A stretch of 64,000 nucleotides of DNA from assembly GCF_046119375.1 (NCBI RefSeq), contig NW_027362764.1, positions 124,372,001 through 124,436,000 of the forward strand, written 5' to 3'. Made by a program: the position numbers and the translations under genes. The notes under the pieces are model-generated. The model saw nothing but the letters and a program-made list of their open reading frames with translations. It was not told the origin of the DNA and made no database searches. Origin of the DNA: Phyllobates terribilis. Lineage: Eukaryota. This document shows, one piece after another, positions 1 to 11,667 of this stretch. Within the stretch, counting starts at the first letter, position 1. Each line of letters starts with the position of its first letter.

Positions 1-325
1 CTCCCCCCATGTGCATCTCTTATCCCCCACATGTGCATCTCTTATCTCCCCCCCATGTGCATCTCTTATCCCCCCCCACATGTGCACCTCTCTCATCCCC
101 CCCACCCCATGTGCATCTTTTATCATCTCCCCCCCCACGTGCACCTCTCTCATCCCCCTCCCCCCACGTGCACCTCTCTCATCCCCCTCCCCCCACATGT
201 GCACCTCTCTCATCCCCCTCCCCCCACATGTGCACCTCTCTCATCCCCCTCCCCCCACATGTGCACCTCTCTCATCCCCCCCACCCCATGTGCATCTTTT
301 ATCATCCCCCCCCCATGTGCATCTC
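1..325 (+). repeat. C-rich minisatellite, ~27-30 bp unit (CCCCCCACATGTGCACCTCTCTCATCCCCT)
   Basis: Direct tandem repetition is visible; it explains the Pro/His-rich spurious ORFs at 9-505. Confidence 0.9.
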
Positions 326-754
326 TTATCTCACACACACACACACACACCTCCCATTCCCCCCACTCCTAGTAAATTGTATTTTGAAAAAAACAAAACT
401 TGTTATACTTACCCCCATGCGATCCCTGCAGAATCCTGGCACTCGTCCAAATCGCTGACACCAGGTTCTCCTGACTTCCGGCCATGTGACGGCACCGTCA
501 CATGACCGGAAGTCAGGGGAATCATGAGATGTCCCGGACCGGCGCTTAGCATGGGGCCGGGGGCCCCATGAGGAGAGAGACTCACAAGAGGGGGCCCCCA
601 ACGGGGCTCCAAGGGGGCCCCTACCGGCTGGGCCCCACACTGGAGTCAGGGCAGACATGCCCTGATGGCGGCCCTGCTGGAGCCTGGAGGGGCCCCCTCT
701 CCCTCGGGGCCCCCGTTCAATGAACGGGCTGCACGGGCGGTAGTTCCGCCCCTG
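1..754. mobile_element. Right part of a non-autonomous DNA transposon (hAT-like MITE), truncated by the window edge
   Basis: Ends in TAGTTCCGCCCCTG (reverse complement CAGGGGCGGAACTA, a hAT-type terminus) exactly where LTR homology begins at 755. Confidence 0.45.
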
Positions 755-1303
755 GTTCTTATTATCCAGACCACTTCTGCAGGTAACGGCTGCCCACGTC
801 GTACTGTGCTCACCAGGTGAGGGGCTCAGACAACTCCCAGATAACTTTGGAGCGCTTCACAGGACCCCCTTTGTGTGTCCTTTGTCTGGCCTTTCTTACC
901 AACCCTTCTGTCCGGCAGCCTCGGGCCTCCTCTTGGTAAACTTGGCGCCAGTTTCCCTGACCCTATGTGGTGCCTTCCTGGTGGGTGTAGCGACGGGCTG
1001 CGCCACATAAAATGTCACAGCCTCCGGTTTCTAGCTGAGGGTCGTTTCCCGCCTCCGCTAGTTTCGGGGACTGGTCTCCCCCTTTGGCCTGACCCCTCCA
1101 CGCAGGTGGATTCGGGCGTGCGGTGGCAACTCACCCGTCCGCACCCCTGGGATCCCTTCGTTCCTCGTTTCTGGAGCCTTCTCCGCTCCTCTTCCTTCCT
1201 TCTCCCTCTTCCAGGCCTAGGCCTCTGTTACTAGGCTCGCCTCCGGAGCAGAGCTCATGCAGAGCCCCTGCTCCCTGTCACTTCTGCTCAGACTACTCTG
1301 CAC
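755..1303 (-). mobile_element. Part of a solo LTR (outer copy), split by the hAT insertion; continues at 14384-14692
   Basis: 755-1303 aligns with 12492-13040 of the intact LTR; both segments are 549 bp and end in CTCTGCAC. Confidence 0.85.
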
Positions 1304-2218
1304 TAGAGATGAGCGTTGTTCTACTCGAACTGTTCGCCAATCTCAAATTCGAGCTGTTTTGGGCGGTGTTCGAGCCGTTCGGCGAACACGAACAATTTGA
1401 GAAAAATTCGGCTGTTCGAGGTTATGTTCGATAACTGTTCGTGCACCAAAATCATAACTGGATTTTTTCTCAGTAATGATGAAAATTAATGTTAATACGC
1501 AGTTTGAGTGTACAGCGGGGTGGGGGGAGGGGCAGGGGATGGATCTCTGCAGGAACAATGAAGATCTCCATTTTTTTTTTCTCTTTCCCGCATTTACAGT
1601 GGGGAGGTGCAATCTGTCAGCCTATCAGCAGCGCACACACGGAGCGAAGTGCTTTTTTTCACACAAGTAAGGGCATGTGTCATTGGCAGTGTATGTCACA
1701 TGTCCTTGCCCTATAAGACCAAGCCATTTTCCCCGTCGCCACCATTTTCTCACTGCTGCAGCTGCGTGTTAGACGGCACCGCTGTTGCTGTGTGCGCTAT
1801 ACCTTGTTAATTTCAAGCCAATTTTCGCACAAATCTACAGATAGCTTGGGAGTAGGGAATAGTTGTGATTGCAGTCCTTTTAAGGACTAGGTTACAGCAT
1901 TTCCTACGACTTTTATCAGGCAGGTCTGTGCTCTTAAATAGATAGATTGTGGGAGTAAAGAATAATTGTAATTGGAGTCCTTTTCAGGACTAGGTTACAT
2001 CAGTTCCTATCAGTTTTTGCCAGGCAGGTCTGTGCCAGTGCTGTGCAAGTTTTTTTCACAGCATTTGGCTGAATCTAGCAAAGCTAATCCTTTTTGGCCT
2101 ATTGCAGAGTGTGTTAGTCAGTGGAGTAGCCTATCTGTGTTGCAAGATATACCACCTGTGTATAGAATACCAATTTTTTTACTGCACCTAGTGAAGTAAA
2201 ATCTTTTGGGCATAGCAT

Positions 2219-5200
2219 CATTCTATTAGTCCATCTATACTGACCTCCATCAGGTTGCAAATTGAATATAATTTTTTTCTGCATCTAGCTCTGAAAAAAT
2301 ATTGGGCTTCTAGCTGTGTGTGGGACTTGTTGTATTAGTCCATCTATACTGACCTCCATCAGGTTGCAAAGTGCATATATTTTTTTCTTCATCTACCTCT
2401 GAAAAAATATTGGGCTTCTAGCTGTGTGTGGGACTTGTGCTGTTAATCCATCTATACAGACCTCCATCAGGTTGCAAACTGAATATATTTTTTTATGCAT
2501 CTACCTCTGAAAAAATATTGGGCTTCTAGCTGTGTGTGGGACTTGTTGTATTAGTCCATCTATACTGACCTCCATCAGGTTGCAAATTGAATATAATTTT
2601 TTTCTGCATCTAGCTCTGAAAAAATATTGGGCTTCTAGCTGTGTGTGGGACTTGTTGTATTAGTCCATCTATACTGACCTCCATCAGGTTGCAAACTGCA
2701 TATATTTTTTTCTTCATCTACCTCTGAAAAAATATTGGGCTTCTAGCTGTGTGTGGGACTTGTTCTATTAATCCATCTATACAGACCTCCATCAGGTTGC
2801 AAACTGAATATATTTTTTTCTGCATCTACCTCTGCAAAAATATTGGGCTTCTAGCTGTGTGTGGGACTTGTTCTATTAATCCATCTATACAGACCTCCAT
2901 CAGGTTGCAAACTGAATATATTTTTTTCTGCATCTACCTCTGCAAAAATATTGGGCTTCTAGCTGTGTGTGGGACTTGTTCTATTAATCCATCTATACAG
3001 ACCTCCATCAGGTTGCAAACTGAATATATTTTTTTCTGCATCTACCTCTGAAAAAATATTGGGCTTCTAGCTGTGTGTGGGACTTGTTCTATTAATCCAT
3101 CTATACAGACCTCCATCAGGTTGCAAACTGAATATATTTTTTTCTGCATCTACCTCTGAAAAAATATTGGGCTTCTAGCTGTGTGTGGGACTTGTTGTAT
3201 TAGTCCATCTATACAGACCTCCATCAGGTTGCAAACTGAATATATTTTTTTCTGCATCTACCTCTGAAAAAATATTGGGCTTCTAGCTGTGTGTGGGACT
3301 TGTTGTATTAGTCCATCTATACTGACCTCCATCAGGTTGCAAACTGAATATATTTTTTTCTGCATCTACCTCTGAAAAAATATTGGGCTTCTAGCCGTGT
3401 GTGGGAATTGTTCTATTAATCCATCTATACAGACCTCCATCAGGTTGCAAACTGAATATATTTTTTTCTGCATCTACCTCTGAAAAAATATTGGGCTTCT
3501 AGCTGTGTGTGGGACTTGTTCTATTAATCCATCTATACAGACCTCCATCAGGTTGCAAACTAAATATATTTTTTTCTGCATCTACCTCTGAAAAAATATT
3601 TGGCCTTCTAGCAGTGTGTGGGACTTTCTCTATTAGTCCATCTATACTGACCACCATCAGGTTGCAAATTAAAAATAATTTTTATCTGCATCTAGCTCTG
3701 AAAAATATTTGGCCTTCTAGCAGTGTGTGGGACTTTCTCTATTAGTCCATCTATACTGACCTCCATCAGGTTGCAAATTAAAAATAATTTTTATCTGCAT
3801 TTAGCTCTGAAAAAATATTGGGCTTCTAGCTGTGTGTGGGACTTGTTGTATTAGTCCATCTATACTGACCTCCATCAGGTTGCAAACTGCATATATTTTT
3901 TTCTTCATCTGCCTCTGAAAAAATATTGGGCTTCCAGCTGTGTGTGGGACTTGTTCTATTAATCCATCTATACAGACCTCCATCAGGTTGCAAACTGAAT
4001 ATATTTTTTTCTGCATCTACCTCTGAAAAAATATTGGGCTTCTAGCTGTGTGTGGGACTTGTTGTATTAGTCCATCTATACTGACCTCCATCAGGTTGCA
4101 AACTGAATATATTTTTTTCTGCATCTACCTCTGAAAAAATATTGGGCTTCTAGCCGTGTGTGGGAATTGTTCTATTAATCCATCTATACAGACCTCCATC
4201 AGGTTGCAAACTGAATATATTTTTTTCTGCATCTACCTCTGAAAAAATATTGGGCTTCTAGCTGTGTGTGGGACTTGTTCTATTAATCCATCTATACAGA
4301 CCTCCATCAGGTTGCAAACTGAATATATTTTTTTCTGCATCTACCTCTGAAAAAATATTTGGCCTTCTAGCAGTGTGTGGGACTTTCTCTATTAGTCCAT
4401 CTATACTGACCACCATCAGGTTGCAAATTAAAAATAATTTTTATCTGCATCTAGCTCTGAAAAAATATTTGGCCTTCTAGCAGTGTGTGGGACTTTCTCT
4501 ATTAGTCCATCTATACTGACCTCCATCAGGTTGCAAATTAAAAATAATTTTTATCTGCATTTAGCTCTGAAAAAATATTGGGCTTCTAGCTGTGTGTGGG
4601 ACTTGTTGTATTAGTCCATCTATACTGACCTCCATCAGGTTGCAAACTGCATATATTTTTTTCTTCATCTGCCTCTGAAAAAATATTGGGCTTCCAGCTG
4701 TGTGTGGGACTTGTTCTATTAATCCATCTATACAGACCTCCATCAGGTTGCAAACTGAATATATTTTTTTCTGCATCTACCTCTGAAAAAATATTGGGCT
4801 TCTAGCTGTGTGTGGGACTTGTTGTATTAGTCCATCTATACTGACCTCCATCAGGTTGCAAATTGAATATAATTTTTTTCTGCATCTAGCTCTGAAAAAA
4901 TATTGGGCTTCTAGCTGTGTGTGGGACTTGTTGTATTAGTCCATCTATACTGACCTCCATCAGGTTGCAAACTGCATATATTTTTTTCTTCATCTACCTC
5001 TGAAAAAATATTGGGCTTCTAGCTGTGTGTGGGACTTGTTCTATTAATCCATCTATACAGACCTCCATCAGGTTGCAAACTGAATATATTTTTTTCTGCA
5101 TCTACCTCTGAAAAAATATTGGGCTTCTAGCTGTGTGTGGGACTTGTTCTATTAATCCATCTATACAGAGCTCCATCAGGTTGCAAACTGAATATATTTT

Positions 5201-6188
5201 TTTCTGCATCTACCTCTGAAAAAATATTGGGCTTCTAGCTGTGTGTGGGACTTGTTCTATTAATCCATCTATACAGACCTCCATCAGTTTGCAAACTGAA
5301 TATATTTTTTTCTGCATCTACCTCTGAAAAAATATTGGGCTTCTAGCTGTGTGTGGGACTTGTTGTATTAGTCCATCTATACAGACCTCCATCAGGTTGC
5401 AAACTGAATATATTTTTTTCTGCATCTACCGCTGAAAAAATATTGGGCTTCTAGCTGTGTGTGGGACTTGTTGTATTAGTCCATCTATACTGACCTCCAT
5501 CAGGTTGCAAACTGAATATATTTTTTTCTTCATCTACCTCTGAAAAAATATTGGGCTTCTAGCTGTGTGTGGGAATTGTTCTATTAATCCATCTATACAG
5601 ACCTCCATCAGGTTGCAAACTGAATATATTTTTTTCTGCATCTACCTCTGAAAAAATATTGGGCTTCTAGCTGTGTGTGGGACTTGTTGTATTAGTCCAT
5701 CTATACTGACCTCCATCAGGTTGCAAACTGAATATATTTTTTTCTGCATCTACCTCTGAAAAAATATTGGGCTTCTAGCTGTGTGTGGGACTTGTTCTAT
5801 TAATCCATCTATACAGACCTCCATCAGGTTGCAAACTGAATATATTTTTTTCTGCATCTACCTCTGAAAAAATATTTGGCCTTCTAGCAGTGTGTGGGAC
5901 TTTCTCTATTAGTCCATCTATACTGACCTCCATCAGGTTGCAAATTAAAAATAATTTTTATCTGCATCTAGCTCTGAAAAAATATTTGGCCTTCTAGCAG
6001 TGTGTGGGACTTTCTCTATTAGTCCATCTATACTGACCTCCATCAGGTTGCAAATTAAAAATAATTTTTATCTGCATCTAGCTCTGAAAAAATATTTGGC
6101 CTTCTAGCAGTGTGTGGGACTTTCTCTATTAGTCCATCTATACTGACCTCCATCAGGTTGCAAATTGAATATAATTTTTTTCTGCATT
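2219..6188 (+). repeat. 108-bp satellite array (~36-37 monomers) inside the hAT, with a 7-monomer (~760 bp) higher-order duplication
   Basis: AAAAAATATTGGGC recurs at 2294, 2402 and 2510 (period 108); diagnostic variants recur at offsets of 759-760 (3394/4153, 3911/4671). Confidence 0.97.
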
Positions 6189-6306
6189 TAACCCAGCCAA
6201 TAGTTTTGGCCTAATACCACAGTTTGGCCACTCAGCTCTGCTCGGTTCCCATCCATTGTTTTTTTGTGCAAACAACTCCAGAGTTGTTAATTAGTTAACC
6301 ACCAAA

Positions 6307-9300
6307 ATGAGTGGAAAAAGGCCTGCTGCTGGTGGAAAGGGGAATAGGCGTGTTGGGAAGGGGAAAAAAGGTTGTGTCCGTGGGGTAGGTGTTAAAGCAA
6401 CAGTAACATCTGCAGAAGAAAGACCATCTTCCAGCCAAACTAAAATGTCTACTTCTTTTAGCGGACAATGTGATAAGATCCCTTTCTTACGGCCACGCCA
6501 ATCGCTACAAATTCCAGATGAGGCACAAAAACAGCAGGTGCTTCAACGGATATCAAGTGCTCCTTTAAGTGGGCTCTCCTCCACATCAACTTCAACATCA
6601 CAAATACTCCAGTCCTCAAAGGTGTCACCCCAATCGCACTTGCTTCCTCACAGCTCCCAAATCTCCAGCTGCCCGTCTGAGTATGAGGTAGAACAGATGG
6701 TTGAGTCTGCAGAGCTGTTTACTCATACTATAGCCTGGGAATCAGAGGTCGACTCCAGCGCTTCTGTGAATCCAGACGAGGAAATGATCTGCACTGATGC
6801 CCAGAATCTTTATGAGTCGGATCCAGGACCAGACGCAGAAGGTTCTGACCATAATGTAGACCCTCATTCCCAAACTGTAACTCCTGTTGGTGGAGACAAT
6901 GAGGAAGACGATGATAAGACTCAAATACCTGATTGGAGCGACAACTTTAGTTTTTTGTCAGGGCAGGAACAGGTTGGCTCTGAGGACGACGGGTGTGATA
7001 ACGCACAGGGTGATGATGATGAGGTTGGAGATCCCACTTACTGTCAGATCGATAAAGATGACCCAACTCGTGTTATCTGTAACATTTGTCAGCAAAAGCT
7101 AAGTAGAGGCCAAAAAATACATAGTTTGAGTACTTCATGCATGAACCGGCACATGGACATGAAGCATAAGTTGCAGTGGGAAGCTCAGTGTGCTACAATG
7201 CGGCCTAGCCGGCCAGGCCAACCACCGTCTGCCATATCTTGTGCATCCGCGGCCTCTTCATCCTCTGTGACTGGGGGGACAGCAGTCACACCTGTTTTGG
7301 GGCGCAGACCTGCCACCTCTTTACCCGCAACAGCCAGCGTGATTGGCAGGTCATCATTTTCTTTGGAGGTGGTAACACCAGCTGGTGTTGAGCGCTGTCC
7401 GACATCGATAGCACCACCTTTGGATCAAGGTAACCTAACATGTCCGCCTGCATCTTCCTCACAGACCGGCAGTTTGCCGGGGACACCCTTATCAACCCTG
7501 TCTAAGCACAATAGCCAGCCCTCGGTCCCTCAGATGTGGACAAGTAAAAGACCATTTCCTCCTAGCCATGAGAAAGCTAAGAGGTTGAATTTCACCATCT
7601 GCAAGTTCTTGGCTACAGAAATGCTGCCTTTCCGCCTGGTGGACACAGAGGATTTTCGAGACCTTATGTCCGTCGCAGTGCCCCAGTACCAGATGCCCAG
7701 TTGGCACTACTTCTCAAAGAAAGGTGTGCCTGCGCTCCACCAGCATGTCGCACACAACATCACCGCTTCTTTGAGAAACTCTGTGTGTGACAGGGTGCAT
7801 TTCACCACAGACACTTGGACGAGTAGGCATGGACAGGGGCGTTACATGTCGCTGACTGGGCACTGGGTAACTATGGTGACAGCAGGACAAGGGGCTGCTG
7901 TCCAAGTCTTGCCGTCCCCACGAGTTGTGCGTCAATCCTCTTTATGTCAAAGTTCCTCCACTGCTTCTGCCTCCTCAACCTCCTCTCGGTCTTCCACCTG
8001 CACCCAAAGCCTGTCTGGTCATGCCACAAGCTTTCTAACTGCGCAGAAGGGATCCTGCACACCTCCTTACTATGCTGGCAGTAGGGCTCAACGTCATCAG
8101 GCGGTTTTTACATTGAAATGTCTGGGAAATGTGAGTCACACAGCTGAGGAGTTGTGGTCAGCTCTGGAGAACCAATTTCATGAATGGTTGTCTCCACTGG
8201 ACCTGAAACCAGGGAAGGCCGTGTGCGACAATGCTGCAAACCTGGGTGCGGCCCTTCGCCGGGGCAATGTCACACACGTGCCTTGTATGGCTCACGTGTT
8301 GAACCTGGTTGTCCAGCAATTTTTAGCCCACTATCCCAGACTAGATGGCCTTCTGCAGAGGGCACGGTCGCTGTGTGCTCACTTTCGCCGTTCGCATTCC
8401 GCAGCTCAGCGACTTACATCTCTACAGAAGTCGTTGGGCCTGCCACTTCACTGGCTAAAATGCGATGTGCCTACCCGGTGGAATTCAACTCTGCACATGT
8501 TGCAGCGACTGTGGCAGCACCGACAAGCCCTGGTGCAATACGTTCTGATGTATAGCCTGGGCCAACGAGATCCAGAGGTGGGGCAAATCACGCTGGAGGA
8601 GTGGTCTCAGATCAGGGACCTATGCACTCTTCTGCACAGTTTTGAAATGGCGACGAAGATGTTTAGTGCTGACGATGCCATTATCAGCATGACTATTCCG
8701 GTGATTTACATGCTGGAGCACATGTTAAACAGAATTCGGAGTCAGGTGGTGGCACAAGAGGAGGTGGAGGAAGTAGAGGAGGAGGAGTTGTATGCGGAAG
8801 GGCTAACATCTGCAAGGTCCAGACGGTCGGCAGCACCAAGGCGGCAGGCATGTGAGGGTGGGGGAGATGGTTTTACCAGGGCGCATGGTAGCAGCCAAAC
8901 TAGTGAGGAAGGTGCAGGAGCCCAGGAAGAAGTGGAGGACGAACTGATGGAAGACTCATCAGATGAGGGAGACTTTGATCACATTTCTGTTGTGCGAGGT
9001 TGGGGGGAGAGGACAGAAGAAGGAAGCATGATTGTTACCTCGCCACCAACACAACAGGGACTTGGTGCTCCTGGATGCGCAAGACACATGAGTGCCTTCT
9101 TGCTGCACTACCTGCAACATGACCCTCGAATTGTGAGAATTAGAAATAATCCTGACTACTGGGTTGCCACACTGTTAGATCCCCGGTACAAAAGTAAATT
9201 TGCAGAAATTATTCCTGCCATAGAAAGGGATGCACGCATGCAGGAGTATCAGCAGAGACTGTTGCAGAATCTTGCATGTGCTTTTCCACAAAATACCAGT

Positions 9301-9795
9301 GGTGCACGTAGTGAATCTCACAGTTCCAACTTGCCAACCGTGGGACCGTCAAGTGTTCAGCACTCAAACCGTAACAGAACCACAGTATCTGCTGGTAACA
9401 TCAATTTTGCGGAATCATTTCACCACTTTTTTAGCCCATCCTTTGCAAGGCCACAGGAGACAAGAAGTCTGACACATAGTCAACGCCTAGAGACGATGGT
9501 ACAGGAGTATCTCCAAGTAAACATTGAAGCCACGACTGTGTCACTGGACCCTTGCTCTTTTTGGGCTTCCAATCTGGATAAATGGCCGGAGCTAGCCACT
9601 TACGCCTTGGAGATCTTGTCATGCCCCGCAGCCAGCGTTCTGTCTGAACGTGTGTTCAGCGCTGCTGGTGGTGTGCTGACAGATAAGCGCACGCGGCTCT
9701 CCACTGATAATGTAGACAGACTCACGTTCATAAAGATGAACAAATCATGGATCCGAAACGACTTTTCTACCCCTGTGTCATCCTGGGGAGAGTAA
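6307..9795 (+). CDS. hAT transposase (ZBED-like), 1162 aa, uninterrupted ORF
   Basis: BED-type CxxC...HxxxxH (ICNIC...RHMDMKH); catalytic motifs FTTDTW and CDNAAN; CMAH (CxxH); TRWNST; LLDPRY; hATC dimerisation region SVLSERVFSAAG; basic N-terminal NLS-like stretch. Confidence 0.95.
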   Translation: MSGKRPAAGGKGNRRVGKGKKGCVRGVGVKATVTSAEERPSSSQTKMSTSFSGQCDKIPFLRPRQSLQIPDEAQKQQVLQRISSAPLSGLSSTSTSTSQILQSSKVSPQSHLLPHSSQISSCPSEYEVEQMVESAELFTHTIAWESEVDSSASVNPDEEMICTDAQNLYESDPGPDAEGSDHNVDPHSQTVTPVGGDNEEDDDKTQIPDWSDNFSFLSGQEQVGSEDDGCDNAQGDDDEVGDPTYCQIDKDDPTRVICNICQQKLSRGQKIHSLSTSCMNRHMDMKHKLQWEAQCATMRPSRPGQPPSAISCASAASSSSVTGGTAVTPVLGRRPATSLPATASVIGRSSFSLEVVTPAGVERCPTSIAPPLDQGNLTCPPASSSQTGSLPGTPLSTLSKHNSQPSVPQMWTSKRPFPPSHEKAKRLNFTICKFLATEMLPFRLVDTEDFRDLMSVAVPQYQMPSWHYFSKKGVPALHQHVAHNITASLRNSVCDRVHFTTDTWTSRHGQGRYMSLTGHWVTMVTAGQGAAVQVLPSPRVVRQSSLCQSSSTASASSTSSRSSTCTQSLSGHATSFLTAQKGSCTPPYYAGSRAQRHQAVFTLKCLGNVSHTAEELWSALENQFHEWLSPLDLKPGKAVCDNAANLGAALRRGNVTHVPCMAHVLNLVVQQFLAHYPRLDGLLQRARSLCAHFRRSHSAAQRLTSLQKSLGLPLHWLKCDVPTRWNSTLHMLQRLWQHRQALVQYVLMYSLGQRDPEVGQITLEEWSQIRDLCTLLHSFEMATKMFSADDAIISMTIPVIYMLEHMLNRIRSQVVAQEEVEEVEEEELYAEGLTSARSRRSAAPRRQACEGGGDGFTRAHGSSQTSEEGAGAQEEVEDELMEDSSDEGDFDHISVVRGWGERTEEGSMIVTSPPTQQGLGAPGCARHMSAFLLHYLQHDPRIVRIRNNPDYWVATLLDPRYKSKFAEIIPAIERDARMQEYQQRLLQNLACAFPQNTSGARSESHSSNLPTVGPSSVQHSNRNRTTVSAGNINFAESFHHFFSPSFARPQETRSLTHSQRLETMVQEYLQVNIEATTVSLDPCSFWASNLDKWPELATYALEILSCPAASVLSERVFSAAGGVLTDKRTRLSTDNVDRLTFIKMNKSWIRNDFSTPVSSWGE

Positions 9796-9829
9796 AAGCT
9801 TGATGATTGGTTAAAATCACCCTACCAAC

Positions 9830-10112
9830 CGTTTTAAGCTTTCAAATTACTAATCATGTTTATCTGTATCTTGGCTGGAAAATAATTTGGGCTTTGTAGC
9901 AGTGTGCAGCACTGATTCTATTAGGCCATCTATAATAAGCTCCACCACATTTAAAATTACTAATCATGTTTATCTGTATCTTGACTGGAAAATAATTTGG
10001 GCTTTGTAGCAGTGTGCAGCACTGATCCTATTAGGCCATCTATACTAAAGCTTCACCAGATTTAAAATTAATAATAATTTTTAGCTGCATCTAGCCCGGA
10101 AAATAATTTTGG
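9830..10112 (+). repeat. Two to three diverged monomers related to the 108-bp satellite
   Basis: AAAATAATTTGGGCTTTGTAGCAGTGTG...CTATTAGGCCATCTATA resembles the array monomer. Confidence 0.6.
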
Positions 10113-10114
10113 GG

Positions 10115-11667
10115 CTCCGAGATGCGCAAGACACATAAGTGCCTTCTTGCTGCACTACCTGCAGCATGACCCTCATATTGTCAGAATTCGAAGTAATCAT
10201 GACTACTGGGTTGCCACACTCTTAGATCCCCCAAACTTTTCGATCAACCTTTTCATTTTAATAAAGACCAAAAAAATGGTCATTTTTGAAATTATAAGCA
10301 TTACCAGGTTGTTAGAAACTGAAATCAAACAGTTTTCAACTCAAAACTTTATTCTAGGTGATGTTACATTTTCACATAGGACCCCTTGTTCGAAAGGAGC
10401 TTCTGAACTCTCTCGTCCATTGAATTTGTCAGGTTTTGGATGGTTTCTGCTTCAATTGTTTTGCATGAGGACAGAATACCCTCCCAGAGCTGTTGCTTAG
10501 ATGTGAACTGCCTCCCGCCATCATAGACACTCCTTTTAATGATGCTCCAAAGGTTCTGAATGGGGTAGAGGTCAGGGGAGCATGGGGGTCACACCATAAG
10601 TTTGTCCCCTTTTATGCCCATATCAGCCAGAGATGCAGATGTTTTATGTGCAGCATGAGATGGTGCATTATCATGCAGAAAAATGATCTTGCTGTGAAAT
10701 ACACGGTTCTTCTTCTTGAACCATGGCAGGAAGTGCTGTTTGAGAAAATCCACATACATTATGGAGTTCATCTTTAGCGCCTTCAGGGATCCTAAAGGGG
10801 CCGACAATCTCTCTCCCCATGATTCCAGCCCAAAACATTACTCCACCTCCTCCTTGTTGGCGCTGTAGCCGTGTTTGCGTGGGGTGTCCATCAACCAGCC
10901 ATCCTCCACTCCATCCATCTGGACCATCGAGCGCTGCACGGCACTCATCCGTGAACAAAACAGTTTTGAAATCAGTCTTCATGTAATGTTTGGCCCACTG
11001 GAGCCATTTCTGCTTGTGTGAAGTGGATAGAGGAGGTCGACAGGATGGCGTATGCACAGCTGCGAACCTCTGAAGGACCCTGCATCTTGTTGTTCGGGGG
11101 ACGTTGGAGGCACCAGCAGCTTCAAAAACTTGTCTGCTGCTATGACAAGGTTTTTTTGCCGCTGCTCTTTCAACCTGACGTAATTGCCTGTAGGAAAGAG
11201 TCCTCAATTTGCCCTTATCAGCACGCACACGTGTGTACTGTGAATCAGCTACATACTTCTTGATTGCCAAGACACTTCATCCTGATCATCGCACAATGTT
11301 GATTGTAGTCATGCCTTGACCTAAACACTCCACAATTTGTTGCTTCTCAGCAGCCGACGCATCCTTTTTCTTTCCCATTTTGGCAGAAAATGTAGGCTGC
11401 TTAATAATGTGAGACAGCCTTCTTAAGTAGTCTTGCCTTTCATTGGACACACCTGCCAAACTAATTAGCACAGGTGTCTGCAATTGCTTACAGTGATATA
11501 AAGAGCCCTGACACACATCACCATCAATGAGTTTAACTGACAAACAAACAAATTCTTCCCTTATCACTCCTAAACACTTTTTGCATAATAATTTGGAACA
11601 CAGTGTACATGTGCTTTTCCACAAAACACCAGTGGTTCACGTAGTGAATCTTACAGTTCTAACTTGC
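10115..11667 (+). pseudogene. Partial second copy of transposase coding sequence (homologous to ~9068-9345), interrupted by a Tc1 element
   Basis: 10115-10231 translates LHYLQHDPHIVRIRSNHDYWVATLLDP; 11608-11667 matches 9279-9345. Confidence 0.75.
10233..11605 (-). mobile_element. Degenerate Tc1/mariner element, DD37E (TRT-like) type
   Basis: Motifs VLFTDECRAALDGPDGW, QQGGGGVMFWAGI and LHDNAPSH...PPCSPDLYPIQNLW, with 37 residues between the second D and the E position; one terminus ends CAGTG+TA; frameshifted and truncated. Confidence 0.85.

Noticed and set aside
9-505. Extensin-like Pro/His-rich ORFs
   Set aside because: They arise from the C-rich minisatellite in all three frames.
2219-6188. 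CRISPR-like array
   Set aside because: The monomers are contiguous with no unique spacers, there are no cas genes, and the context is eukaryotic.
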